64,000 nucleotides of DNA from NCBI GenBank assembly GCA_937991555.1, contig CALKHU010000135.1, positions 1,787 to 65,786 on the forward strand, read 5' to 3'. Origin of the DNA: an uncultured Caulobacter sp. GTDB taxonomy: Bacteria; Pseudomonadota; Alphaproteobacteria; Caulobacterales; Caulobacteraceae. The notes below the pieces were generated by a model that was not told the DNA's origin, made no database searches, and saw only the letters and a program-made list of their open reading frames with translations. The stretch's first letter is position 1, and the number at the start of each line of letters is the position of its first letter. The translations under genes were made by a program, and so were the position numbers. Below, one piece after another: positions 9,476-18,917 of the stretch.

Positions 9476-10972
9476 ATGAACGGGACCTCACCGGACCAGA
9501 TCGCCCGATCGGGCGTGCGCCGCGGACTTCGGCCGGCAGGCGGCGGCCTCTGCGCCGGGCTTCTGATGCTGTTCCTGGCGGTCCAGCCGGCGGGAAGCCA
9601 GACGGCTGCGCCTCTGTCGCCGGCGGACCGCGTGGCGGCCGTATCGGCGGTGCGGGCCTTCACGGGCCATGCGCCGGCCGAGTCGCCGGACGACGCCCTG
9701 CTCGCCGAAGTCGCACGATACGCGGAAGCCGCGCTGGGGCTCAGGCTGTCGCCGCCCGGGCTTGACCGGAACTGGTCGATCGCTCCCCCCGCCCGGGACG
9801 TGGGGGCGGAACTCCAGGCGGCGCGGGCGGCGGGCGGTCTCGCGTCCTGGATCGACGCGCTGGAGCCGCAGGCGCCGCCCTACCGCGCCCTTCTCGCCGT
9901 TCGGGTCCGGTACCAGGCCCTGGTCGACGCCGGAGGCTGGGAGACGCTGCCGGACTCGCCCGCTCTAAGGCCAGGCGACACACACCCCGCTGTCGCCGCG
10001 TTGCGCCGCAGGCTCGCGATGGAGGGCTATGGCGAGGCCGGCCCGGTGGAGGCGGAAACCGCCTTCGACGCCGGTCTGGAAGCAGCCCTGCGGCAGTTCC
10101 AGAGGCAGCATGGCCTGGCCGAAGACGGCATCCTCGGCGGGGAGACGCGCCGCGCCCTCGACGTTCCTGCGTCCGGCCGCCTGCAGCAGATCGACGCCAA
10201 CCTCGAACGCTGGCGATGGCTGCCCAGACCGCTGCCGGCCGACAGGATCGAACTGAACATCGCCCGCCAGGACGTCCTGTACTTGCGCCAGGGACAGGTG
10301 GCGCTGTCCATGCGCGCCATCGTGGGCAAGCCGGCGACCAGGACTCCCATGCTGGCGTCCAGGATCGAGGCGGTGACCCTCAATCCGTCGTGGCACGTCC
10401 CTTCGTCCATCGCGCGCGGCGAGCTCCTGCCGCAGGAGCGCCGGTCGCCCGGCGTCCTCGCCCGGCGCGGTTTCGTCCGGGAGGGGACCAGCCTGCGGCA
10501 GGTTCCGGGGCCGAACAACGCCCTGGGCCAGGTCAAGTTCGAGATGCCCAGCCCCTTCGGCGTCTACCTGCACGATACCCCTTCGCGCAGCCTGTTCGCG
10601 CGCGAGGACCGCCTGTTCAGCCACGGTTGCATGCGGCTGGAAAAGCCGCGCGAACTGGCGACGCTGCTGCTCGGCGACCAGGGCTGGACCGGGGCGGACG
10701 TCGATGCCGCGATCGATGCCGGAACCACGCGCCGTGTCACACTGGACCGGCCCGTGGCGGTGCTGGTCGTCTACTTCACGGCCGGCGTCGATGAATCTGG
10801 CGGCGTCTGGTTCGCCGACGACCCCTACGGCTGGGACCGGAAGCTGATCGCGGCGCTCGCCCGTCTGCCGCGGTCGGGCGCCGGAGGGGGCGGCGCAGCG
10901 GCCGCGGGCAAAAGCATGTTCGCGCTTCCCGTCAGGGTCGCGAGCGAAGGCTGTCATGATCCGCGGCCCTGA
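9476..10972 (+). CDS. L,D-transpeptidase (YcbB/LdtD-like) with peptidoglycan-binding domain
   Basis: [13 protein letters not shown]-binding motif, NLERWRW, YLHDTP..FSHGCMR catalytic motif; the ORF-track extension over fixL is spurious. Confidence 0.88.
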   Translation: MNGTSPDQIARSGVRRGLRPAGGGLCAGLLMLFLAVQPAGSQTAAPLSPADRVAAVSAVRAFTGHAPAESPDDALLAEVARYAEAALGLRLSPPGLDRNWSIAPPARDVGAELQAARAAGGLASWIDALEPQAPPYRALLAVRVRYQALVDAGGWETLPDSPALRPGDTHPAVAALRRRLAMEGYGEAGPVEAETAFDAGLEAALRQFQRQHGLAEDGILGGETRRALDVPASGRLQQIDANLERWRWLPRPLPADRIELNIARQDVLYLRQGQVALSMRAIVGKPATRTPMLASRIEAVTLNPSWHVPSSIARGELLPQERRSPGVLARRGFVREGTSLRQVPGPNNALGQVKFEMPSPFGVYLHDTPSRSLFAREDRLFSHGCMRLEKPRELATLLLGDQGWTGADVDAAIDAGTTRRVTLDRPVAVLVVYFTAGVDESGGVWFADDPYGWDRKLIAALARLPRSGAGGGGAAAAGKSMFALPVRVASEGCHDPRP

Positions 10973-10994
10973 ACGCCGGGAGGGTTAGACCCGC

Positions 10995-12005
10995 ATGCGC
11001 GCCATGGTCCTGGAGGCCCCCGGTCGGCCGCTCCGCCTCGTCGATCGCCCCGACCCTCAGCCCGGGAACGGCGAGGTGGTGCTGCGGGTCCTCGCCTGCG
11101 GCGTCTGCCGGACCGACCTGCATGTCGTCGACGGCGACCTGCCTGTGCGCAAGGCCTGTGTGGCGCCGGGGCATGAGGTCGTCGGCAGGGTCGAGCGCCT
11201 GGGGGCGGGCGTGTCCGGCCTGACGACGGGCGACCGGGTCGGCGTGCCCTGGCTGGCCTGGACCTGCGGCGAATGCCGATGGTGCCGATCCGGCGCCGAA
11301 AACCTCTGCGACCGGGCCGAGTTCACCGGCTGGAGCCGGGACGGCGGCTACGCGGACCGGATCGTGGCGGACGCCCGCTTCTGCATCCCGATCCCGGAGG
11401 CATACGGAGACGCGGAGGCGGCGCCGCTGCTCTGCGCGGGCCTGATCGGTTTTCGCGCCTGGCGAAAGGCCTGCGAGGCGCGGCCGGTGACGCGTCTGGG
11501 CCTCTACGGCTTCGGCGCCGCCGCCCATCTGCTGGCCCAGCTCGCGATCGCGGAGGGCCAGGCCGTGTACGCCTTCACGTCTCCGGGCGATGAGGCCGCC
11601 GCGCAGCTGGCGCTGCGGCTGGGCTGCCGGTGGGCGGGGCCGTCGACCGCCCGCCCGCCGGCCCGCCTGGACGCGGCGATCATCTTCGCGCCCGTCGGCG
11701 CCCTGGCGCCGCTCGCGCTGGAAGCGGTCGACAAGGGGGGAACGGTCGTCTGCGCCGGCATCCACATGAGCGACATACCGGCGTTCCCGTACGCTTTGCT
11801 GTGGGAGGAGCGCCGGCTTCTGTCGGTGGCCAATCTGACGCGCGCCGACGGGTTGGACTATTTTCCACGCGCCCTGGCGGCGGGCGTGAGGGCGGAGGTC
11901 CGGACCTACGATCTCGCCGACGCCAATACGGCCCTCGGCGATCTGCGCGAGGGCCGCATCGTGGGCGCAGCCGTCCTGGCTATGGACGCGGCGGAAACCG
12001 CCTAG
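10995..12005 (+). CDS. Zinc-dependent alcohol dehydrogenase
   Basis: CGVCRTDLH, GHE, CGECRWC..C and GFGAAA motifs. Confidence 0.92.
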   Translation: MRAMVLEAPGRPLRLVDRPDPQPGNGEVVLRVLACGVCRTDLHVVDGDLPVRKACVAPGHEVVGRVERLGAGVSGLTTGDRVGVPWLAWTCGECRWCRSGAENLCDRAEFTGWSRDGGYADRIVADARFCIPIPEAYGDAEAAPLLCAGLIGFRAWRKACEARPVTRLGLYGFGAAAHLLAQLAIAEGQAVYAFTSPGDEAAAQLALRLGCRWAGPSTARPPARLDAAIIFAPVGALAPLALEAVDKGGTVVCAGIHMSDIPAFPYALLWEERRLLSVANLTRADGLDYFPRALAAGVRAEVRTYDLADANTALGDLREGRIVGAAVLAMDAAETA

Positions 12006-12661
12006 GCCGGGGCCAGGCGGGCGAGCGCCGCGCGGTGGCGCAGGCGGAAGCGCCGGGCGCCCTGGAACTCGACGATGGCGTCATCCTGGAGTTGCCGCAG
12101 CATCCGGCAGACCGTCTCGATCGTGATGCCGAGGTAGTCGGCGATATCCTGCCGGCCCATCGACAGGTCGATGAGCTCCTTCTTGGACCGGTCGGCGACG
12201 TCGAGGAGGAAGGCCGCGACCTTCTCGCAGGCGCTCTTGCATCCAAGCAGGGTGAGGTGTTCCTGCGTGCGGCGCAGTTCCTGGGCGGTGGCGGCCCAGA
12301 GCGCGCGCTCGATCCTCGCGCCGTCCTCGCCGTAATGCGCGAGCGCCGAACGCTTGATGACCAGGATCACGGTGTCGTTGAGGGCCTCGGCCGAGAATCG
12401 GTGATGGTCGCCGCTCTCGAGCCCGAACAGATCGCCCGGGTAGTAGAAGTCCCCGATCTGGCGACGGCCGTCGCTCAGCAGACGCGTGGTCCGCACGGCG
12501 CCGCTGATCACCCGGTAGACCATGTCGGCCTCTTCCTCCTGGGCGTAGATCTCCTCGCCGGCGGCGTACGGAATGCGAACCCCGATCTTGTCCCAGGGCT
12601 CGGCCATGGCGGCCGCGGCGGCGGATGCGTTCGAGAAGGCGGTCTGGGCTTGAGCGGTCAT
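12002..12661 (-). CDS. fixK: Crp/Fnr regulator, FixK type (no N-terminal Cys cluster)
   Basis: DGRRQIGDF and MGRQDIADYLGITIETVCR; close to fixLJ. Confidence 0.8.
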   Translation of the reverse strand: MTAQAQTAFSNASAAAAAMAEPWDKIGVRIPYAAGEEIYAQEEEADMVYRVISGAVRTTRLLSDGRRQIGDFYYPGDLFGLESGDHHRFSAEALNDTVILVIKRSALAHYGEDGARIERALWAATAQELRRTQEHLTLLGCKSACEKVAAFLLDVADRSKKELIDLSMGRQDIADYLGITIETVCRMLRQLQDDAIVEFQGARRFRLRHRAALARLAPA

Positions 12662-12747
12662 CGCGGTCTCCCTCTGCGATGCGCGCAAGGTCACGCGTCA
12701 GGCCGATCGCCGAAATTCCGGAGCGATGCGTAAGGCCCGGCCCTTAA

Positions 12748-12761
12748 GGGCTGCTACGTAG
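12748..12761 (-). promoter_or_regulatory. Candidate FixJ site CTACGTAGCAGCCC upstream of fixK
   Basis: Resembles the rhizobial FixJ consensus CTAAGTAGTTTCCC as I recall it; about 90 bp upstream of fixK. Confidence 0.4.
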
Positions 12762-13362
12762 GACAGGATGTCGCAGTCGCCGCCGCTTCGGCGACTCGCG
12801 CCCTGACCTGATCCAGCATGTCCGCGGCCGCTTCATCGGCGAGCAGCGAGTGGATCCCGCCGAAGTGGACATGGTCGGCGACCGTCAGGCCGCACACGGC
12901 GGCCACATGGTTGTCGAACACCGCCATCAGCGCCTTGAGCGCGCCGGTCGAGTTCACCCAGTGATCGGGCGCGCCCGAGGTCGAGAAGGTCAGCAGCTTC
13001 CGTCCCACGAGCAGAGGCTTGGAGCCGCCGAAATCGGCCGCGTAACCGAACTTCATGCCGAACACCCGGTCGACGTAGCCTTTCAGGATCGCCGGCGGGG
13101 CATTGAACCAGAACGGATAGACGAACACGAAGAGGTCGGCCTCGGCGAGCAGTTCCCGCTCGCGCACCACGTCCGGCGCGGGCCGGAACCCGCTGTCGCT
13201 CGGCAGCTCGTCCGCCCGCAGCCGGGGATCGAAGTCCATCGCATAGAGGTCCCTCAGCAGGACCGCATGGCCGGCCGCCGTCAGGCTGTCGACGCAGGCC
13301 CTGGCCAGCGAGGCGCAGAAGCTCGTCGCCTTCGGGTGGGCCAGAACGACGGCGCATTTCAT
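12754..13362 (-). CDS. NAD(P)H dehydrogenase (quinone), flavodoxin-2 fold
   Basis: VLAHP..SF and YPFWFNAPPAILKGYVDRVF motifs. Confidence 0.88.
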   Translation of the reverse strand: MKCAVVLAHPKATSFCASLARACVDSLTAAGHAVLLRDLYAMDFDPRLRADELPSDSGFRPAPDVVRERELLAEADLFVFVYPFWFNAPPAILKGYVDRVFGMKFGYAADFGGSKPLLVGRKLLTFSTSGAPDHWVNSTGALKALMAVFDNHVAAVCGLTVADHVHFGGIHSLLADEAAADMLDQVRARVAEAAATATSCPT

Positions 13363-13424
13363 GAGGGACTGCCTCTTCCACGGGTGCTCTGACACCACGC
13401 CTACGCGGCCTTTCATCGGGCGTG

Positions 13425-13438
13425 TTGATCTCGATCAG
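13425..13438. promoter_or_regulatory. FNR/FixK box TTGATCTCGATCAG
   Basis: One mismatch, divergent intergenic region. Confidence 0.65.
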
Positions 13439-13482
13439 TTTCTTTCGCCGGAACCCGCGCATCTTCTCCCCAGGAGGACGTG

Positions 13483-13929
13483 ATGTTGCAGGATGAACGC
13501 ACCCTGGTGGTGGTCGCCGATGGCGGCCAGGCGAGGTTTTTCGAGGAGCGGCGCCTGGGTGGTCCGCTGCGGGAACGGGTGGACTGGTCGGAAGGCCTGA
13601 AGCCTCATCATGCCGGCAGCGGCTCCCCGGGACGCGTGTTCGACCGGTTCGGATCGGGATCGCATCCGGTGGGCGGCGTCGCGCCGCATGACCAGGCCGA
13701 GGCGCGCTTCATGTCCGCCGTGGCCGGCCGTATCGCCGAGCTCGCCACGAAGGACGCCTTCGACGGCGTCGTGCTGATCGCCCCGCCGCGGGCGCTGGGT
13801 CAGCTGCGCGAGGCCCTGTCACCGGCGGTCGCCGCACGCGTGCGACACAGCGAGCCGAAGGATCGGGTGCATGCCGATCTTCAGGGGATCGAGACAGCCG
13901 TCGGAATGATCCGCAGGCACGACGCGTGA
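13483..13929 (+). CDS. Host-attachment (AtsE-like / baeRF-related) protein
   Basis: VVVADGGQARFF and LIAPPRALGQLR motifs. Confidence 0.8.
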   Translation: MLQDERTLVVVADGGQARFFEERRLGGPLRERVDWSEGLKPHHAGSGSPGRVFDRFGSGSHPVGGVAPHDQAEARFMSAVAGRIAELATKDAFDGVVLIAPPRALGQLREALSPAVAARVRHSEPKDRVHADLQGIETAVGMIRRHDA

Positions 13930-15551
13930 CGGCGCAGGGCGCCGTTCAGGTCAGGTTCCACGGCGCGGCCCAGTGCGTGACCGGCTTCTGTGTCGAGGTG
14001 CTGGCCGGCGATAGCCGGGTGCTGGTCGATTGCGGCATGTTCCAGGGGCCGAAGTCCCTGAAAGCGCTGAACTATGAGCCGTTCCCGTTCGACGCCGCCT
14101 CGGTGGACGCCGTCGTCCTGACCCATGCGCACATCGACCATTCCGGCCTGCTGCCGAAACTGATGAAGGCCGGGTTCGAAGGGCCGATCTACGCCACGGC
14201 GGCGACGCGGGACCTGTGCGGCGTCATGCTGCCCGACGCCGGCGGCATCCAGGAATCCGAGGTGCGGTATCGCAACCGCCGCAGCCAGCGGCGCGGGCGC
14301 GATCCGGTCGAACCGATCTACACGGCCGAGGACGGGGCGGCGGTCATCGAGCAGTTCCGGCGGGTCAAGATGCGGGAGCCGGTCGCCGTGACCCCGGACA
14401 TCGAGGCCGAGTTCTGGCCGGCCGGTCATATCCTCGGCGCCGCCTCGATCCTGCTCAGGGTCGGGCACGGCGACAGTGTGCAGACCCTGTTGTTCTCGGG
14501 CGACCTCGGGCCGGGCAGCGAGTTCGTCGCCAACCCGCAGGCCCCCAGCGGCGTCGATCACCTCTTCCTCGAGTCCACCTACGGCGATCGCGTCCGCGGG
14601 CCGCTGGATCCGATCGCCCGGCGGGCCATGCTGGCGAAGGAACTGGCGGAGGCGCACGCGCGCGGCGGGCCGCTGCTGCTGCCGGCCTTCGCCGTGGAGC
14701 GCACCCAGGAGCTGCTGGTCGACCTGCTGACGATGATGGACGAAGGCGCGGCGCCCGACGGCGACGTCTTCCTCGATTCGCCGCTCGCCATTGAAGCGAC
14801 CGAGGTCTTCCTCCAGCGCGGCTGGAATCCAGACAGCGGCGTCAACCCGTTCGAAGTCGCGCGGCCTACCGGGCGTCTGCGCTTCCTGAGCCGCCCCGAC
14901 GAGAGCGACCGGCTGGAATCGCTCAAGGGCTGGCACGTGATCATCGCCGCCAGCGGCATGTGCGACGCGGGGCGCGTGCGCCGGCACCTGAAGCGGCTGC
15001 TCTGGCGCAGCGACGCCACGGTGCTGCTGACCGGCTACCAGGCGGCCGGCACCCTCGGACGCCTGCTCGTCGAAGGCGCCAAGCGGGTGACGATCCAGGG
15101 CGAGGAGATCAAGGTCCGGGCCCAGGTCCGCAGCATCGACGGCTATTCGGGACACGCCGACGCCGAGGGGCTGGAAGCCTGGGCGCAGGGCCGCGCGCCG
15201 ATCACGGGCGCCCTTTTTCTGGCCCATGGCGAGCCGGCCGCGCTCGAGGCCATGGGAGAGCGCCTGAAGGGACTGGTCCCCGACTCGCGCCGCTTCGCGC
15301 CGTCCCTCGGCCAGACCTTCCTGTTGCGGAAGGGGTCCGTCGAGGCGCTGCACGACTGGCATGCCCGGCTTGCGCAGCCGCCGACGCGTCTTGACTGGCA
15401 CAACCAGCGCACGGCCCTGCTCATGGACCTCAACGCCGCCCTCAACCATCTGCCGGACGACGCATCGCGCGAGGCCCTCATCCAGGTGCTGCGCGCGCAG
15501 CTGCCGCCCGCCCCGGACCGCGGCGGAGGACCCGGCGCCACGGCGCTCTAG
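13926..15551 (+). CDS. MBL-fold beta-CASP ribonuclease-like protein
   Basis: VDCGMFQG, THAHIDHSG, AGHILG, ESTYG and YSGHAD motifs. Confidence 0.9.
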   Translation: MTAQGAVQVRFHGAAQCVTGFCVEVLAGDSRVLVDCGMFQGPKSLKALNYEPFPFDAASVDAVVLTHAHIDHSGLLPKLMKAGFEGPIYATAATRDLCGVMLPDAGGIQESEVRYRNRRSQRRGRDPVEPIYTAEDGAAVIEQFRRVKMREPVAVTPDIEAEFWPAGHILGAASILLRVGHGDSVQTLLFSGDLGPGSEFVANPQAPSGVDHLFLESTYGDRVRGPLDPIARRAMLAKELAEAHARGGPLLLPAFAVERTQELLVDLLTMMDEGAAPDGDVFLDSPLAIEATEVFLQRGWNPDSGVNPFEVARPTGRLRFLSRPDESDRLESLKGWHVIIAASGMCDAGRVRRHLKRLLWRSDATVLLTGYQAAGTLGRLLVEGAKRVTIQGEEIKVRAQVRSIDGYSGHADAEGLEAWAQGRAPITGALFLAHGEPAALEAMGERLKGLVPDSRRFAPSLGQTFLLRKGSVEALHDWHARLAQPPTRLDWHNQRTALLMDLNAALNHLPDDASREALIQVLRAQLPPAPDRGGGPGATAL

Positions 15552-15564
15552 GCGGCGCAGGCCG

Positions 15565-17040
15565 TCAGGGCGGTCCGGGCTTTCCGGGGAGGTCGGGAAA
15601 GGCCGGGTCGCGCCATCGCAGCCGCCAGCTCTGCCGCGCGTCCCGGGGATCGCCGAGGTCATGCGCGGACACGACCTTCTCCCACAGGGTCGCGGGGCCA
15701 TGGGGCAGGGGGGCGAGGCGCTCCGACAGGTTCAGCCGGTCTATCGCGCCGATGATGCCCCCCGCATGGGCGACGGCCTGTTCGAAGCGATCGGTCGGGA
15801 CGTCCAGATAGTGCGCGAGCAACGCGTCGCGAAAGGCGCCGATCTTGCGACGGTCGACGGCTGTGCGGGCCTCGACCGCGAGTTCGCACTCGGTGTCAAA
15901 TCCCTCGGAGCGGTTGTTGAGGTTGGCGGAGCCGATCCGGACGATCTCATCGTCGAAGATCCCGACCTTGGAATGGACGATGATGGGCGCCCCTCCCGAC
16001 GTCCGGGGCGCCAGCGCCCGGAAGCGGCCGTGAAGGTCGGCTGCGCGAAGTCGCCTGATCAGCGGATTTCGGGCGTGGTCCATGGTCAGCCGGTCGAACC
16101 AGTTGGGGGAATGACGCGGCGCGATCAGCACGACCTCGGGACCGTCCGCTTCACCCAGGCGCCCGGCGAGCGCCGCCGCGACGTTCGCGCAGGTGAAGTA
16201 CTGGTTCTCGAGATAGATCGTCCGCCGCGCGCGGCGGATGCAGCGGAGAGTCAGCCGCCGGATCTCATCGACCAGCGGCCGGTCGCGCCAGGCCGGCTGG
16301 GTCCTGGCGATGGCCACGTCCGCCGCGGACATGTCGATGCGGGCCGATACAGGCCAGAGGGCTCCGACGGCGTCAGTCGGGCGGGGCGGACTGTCCCCTC
16401 CGGCGTTGCGCCATCGCTCGCCGAACAGGTCGCCCAGCGCGCTCGCGACAGGACCCTCGACGATCATCGTCACCTCGTGCCGCGGCGGATGCGGCCGGCG
16501 TTCGGGCAGGAGGCGTCTGCCGTCGGCGTGAAAGTGCCCGGTCGTGTCCCACCTGTTGGTGACGAAGTCGCCGCCGCCGCAGAACGCGAGCCTGTCGTCG
16601 ATCACCACCAGCTTCTGGTGGTGGCTGGCCCCGAAGGGGACATCCGACGCTTCCCGGAACCTTACCCGGCTGCCGGCGAACGCCCGCCTCGCCCTGTGGC
16701 CCCGCAGGCCCTGGAACCCGTTGATTCCGAGCGCCGACCGCCAGACCAGGATGCGGATGTCGAGTTCCGGCCGGACCGCTGCGAGCTCGATCAGAAGCCG
16801 TCCGATTTCATCGGGGTCGTCGGGCCCCTCGCGGCCGTCGGGCGCCAGCCGCGTGCGCGGATCGAACGCCCAGCCGAGAATCCAGATCGACCGCGTCGCC
16901 GACCTGAGCGCTTCGGCGATCGCCGCAAAGCAGGCTTCGTTGTCGACCAGGAAGCCCGCCCGGTCAGCGCGCTCCACGCGCCAGCAGGTCTCTCCCGGCT
17001 CGAACGCAGGCGTGGGCCCGGATGACGAACGATCACTCAC
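15565..17040 (-). CDS. Phospholipase D-family protein
   Basis: Two HKD motifs: HHQKLVVIDD and HSKVGIFDD..GSANLN. Confidence 0.88.
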   Translation of the reverse strand: MSDRSSSGPTPAFEPGETCWRVERADRAGFLVDNEACFAAIAEALRSATRSIWILGWAFDPRTRLAPDGREGPDDPDEIGRLLIELAAVRPELDIRILVWRSALGINGFQGLRGHRARRAFAGSRVRFREASDVPFGASHHQKLVVIDDRLAFCGGGDFVTNRWDTTGHFHADGRRLLPERRPHPPRHEVTMIVEGPVASALGDLFGERWRNAGGDSPPRPTDAVGALWPVSARIDMSAADVAIARTQPAWRDRPLVDEIRRLTLRCIRRARRTIYLENQYFTCANVAAALAGRLGEADGPEVVLIAPRHSPNWFDRLTMDHARNPLIRRLRAADLHGRFRALAPRTSGGAPIIVHSKVGIFDDEIVRIGSANLNNRSEGFDTECELAVEARTAVDRRKIGAFRDALLAHYLDVPTDRFEQAVAHAGGIIGAIDRLNLSERLAPLPHGPATLWEKVVSAHDLGDPRDARQSWRLRWRDPAFPDLPGKPGPP

Positions 17041-17129
17041 GATTCACCTCGACGCCGCGGCCGGATGCGCTCACCGGCGAACACGAGCGCGGACGCCCGA
17101 CGTCGGTCAAGAGGCGGGCCTGACGCGAA

Positions 17130-17153
17130 CGCCTCCACGCGAGCGTGGAGGCG
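17130..17153 (-). terminator. GC-rich hairpin after the monooxygenase
   Basis: CGCCTCCACGC-GA-GCGTGGAGGCG inverted repeat; weak U tract. Confidence 0.45.
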
Positions 17154-17174
17154 CCGCCGGCCGTTCGGAGGCGT

Positions 17175-18674
17175 CTAGGCGTACCGGAACAGCGGATCGT
17201 CGAGGTCGATGGTCGGGATGACGTCCTTCTCCGTCCAGTAGTCCTGGCTGTGCTGCCATTCCGGCTTGTCGCCCCGGCGAGGCCAGAGGTGCATGCCGCG
17301 CAGCAGGTAGCCGGGATTGAAGTTCTCCTCGTCGATCCAGTCGAGGATCTTCATGTCCTTGTCTTCCGGCCGCAGCGCGACCTCGACCTTGTGCGCCTGA
17401 CGGGCCTGCATGTGGTCGAGCAGGCGGCAGACGAAATCGGCGACGAGATCGGCCCGCAGCGTCCAGCTGGCGCGGAAGTAGCCCATCACCCAGACCATGT
17501 TCGGCACGCCGGTGAACATCATGCCGCGCCAGGTGACGGTGTCGTGGAAGTCGAGCGGCTTGCCGTCGACGGCGAAGTCGATGTCGCCGAGGGCGCTGAG
17601 GTTGAAGCCCGTCGCCGTGACGATGATGTCCGCCTTGAGCTCGCGGCCCGACTTCAGCCGGATGCCTTCCGGGGTGAACCGTTCGATCTCGTCGGTGACG
17701 ACGCTGGCCTTGCCCTTGATGACGGCCTGGAACAGGTCGCCGTCGGGGACGAAGGCGATGCGCTGGCGCCAGGGACGGTAGCTGGGGGTGAAGTGTTGCT
17801 TGACCGCCTCGTCGCCGAGGAAGGCCCGTACGCCGGCGAGCAGTTCCTCGCGCACGGCCTCGGCCTCGTTGAACGCCCGCTCGGTGAACAGCGCCTGGTC
17901 ATGCAGCAGCTTGCGGCGGACGATCTCGTGGATCCAGGTCTCGTCGATCTTCAGCTCGCGCAGGATGTCCGCCAGCTCGTTGGCGTTCCGGCCGGGGATG
18001 AAGTAGGTCGGCGACCGCTGCAGCAGGGTGACGTGCTTCGCATCGTCGGCGATGGCGGGCAGGACCGTCGCGGCGGTGGCACCGGAGCCGATGACGATGA
18101 CTGTCTTGTCCTTGTAGTCGAGGTCTTCGGGCCAGGTCTGCGGATGAATGATCTTGCCCTGGTAGTCCTCCATCCCCTCCCATTCCGGCGTGTAGCCGGT
18201 GTCGTGCCGATAGTACCCCTGGCACATCCAGAGGAAGTTGGCGGTGAAGGTGACGGGCGCGCCGGTCGCGGTCTTGACGGCCTCGATCGTCCAGCGATTG
18301 TCGGTGCTCGACCACGTCGCCTTGAGGATCTTGTGTCCGTAGCGGATGTGACGGCCGAGGTCGTTGTCCTCGATCACCTCGCCCATGTAGGTCAGGATTT
18401 CCTGGGCGGTCGCGATCGGCGGTCCCACCCACGGCTTGAAGCGGTAGCCGAAGGTGTAGAGGTCGCTGTCGGACCGGATGCCCGGATACTTGTGGGTGAG
18501 CCAGGTGCCGCCGAAGCTCTCCAGCGCCTCAAGAACGACGAAGCGGTCGTCCGGCCTGTTCTGAGTCAGGTGCCAGGCGGCCCCGACGCCCGATATGCCC
18601 GCCCCGACGATCAGGACGTCAAAATGCTCCACCGCCGACGCGGCCGGCCGTTCCTTGAGGGTCGATGTGCTCAC
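17175..18674 (-). CDS. Flavin-containing Baeyer-Villiger monooxygenase (EthA/AlmA-like)
   Basis: GAGISG, GGTW..YPGIRSDSD, HPQTWP, GSGATA, QRSP and ATG motifs. Confidence 0.9.
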   Translation of the reverse strand: MSTSTLKERPAASAVEHFDVLIVGAGISGVGAAWHLTQNRPDDRFVVLEALESFGGTWLTHKYPGIRSDSDLYTFGYRFKPWVGPPIATAQEILTYMGEVIEDNDLGRHIRYGHKILKATWSSTDNRWTIEAVKTATGAPVTFTANFLWMCQGYYRHDTGYTPEWEGMEDYQGKIIHPQTWPEDLDYKDKTVIVIGSGATAATVLPAIADDAKHVTLLQRSPTYFIPGRNANELADILRELKIDETWIHEIVRRKLLHDQALFTERAFNEAEAVREELLAGVRAFLGDEAVKQHFTPSYRPWRQRIAFVPDGDLFQAVIKGKASVVTDEIERFTPEGIRLKSGRELKADIIVTATGFNLSALGDIDFAVDGKPLDFHDTVTWRGMMFTGVPNMVWVMGYFRASWTLRADLVADFVCRLLDHMQARQAHKVEVALRPEDKDMKILDWIDEENFNPGYLLRGMHLWPRRGDKPEWQHSQDYWTEKDVIPTIDLDDPLFRYA

Positions 18675-18730
18675 CGCCCGTCCTCCCTGTTGTTCTTCGA
18701 TTTATGTTATCGGCGATAACAGAGCGGGCT

Positions 18731-18744
18731 TTGACCTGGGTCAA
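18731..18744. promoter_or_regulatory. FNR/FixK box TTGACCTGGGTCAA
   Basis: Perfect 6-bp arms, between ccoS and the monooxygenase. Confidence 0.8.
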
Positions 18745-18755
18745 GGGTGAAGGCG

Positions 18756-18917
18756 TCAGTCGGACGCCGGTCCCTCGCGCAGGTGGTCGTCGAGGATGCG
18801 GGCCGCATCGCCCTGGGGATCCTCGTACTGGCCTGAGCGGAGCGTCCACCAGAAGCCGACCAGGCCCATGAAGCCGAGGAACACGGAGATAGGCGCCAGA
18901 AGGTAGAGGATGGTCAT
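18756..18917 (-). CDS. ccoS: cbb3 oxidase maturation protein CcoS/FixS
   Basis: Not in the ORF track. MTILYLLAPISVFLG..FWWTLRSGQYEDPQGDAARIL. Confidence 0.9.
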   Translation of the reverse strand: MTILYLLAPISVFLGFMGLVGFWWTLRSGQYEDPQGDAARILDDHLREGPASD

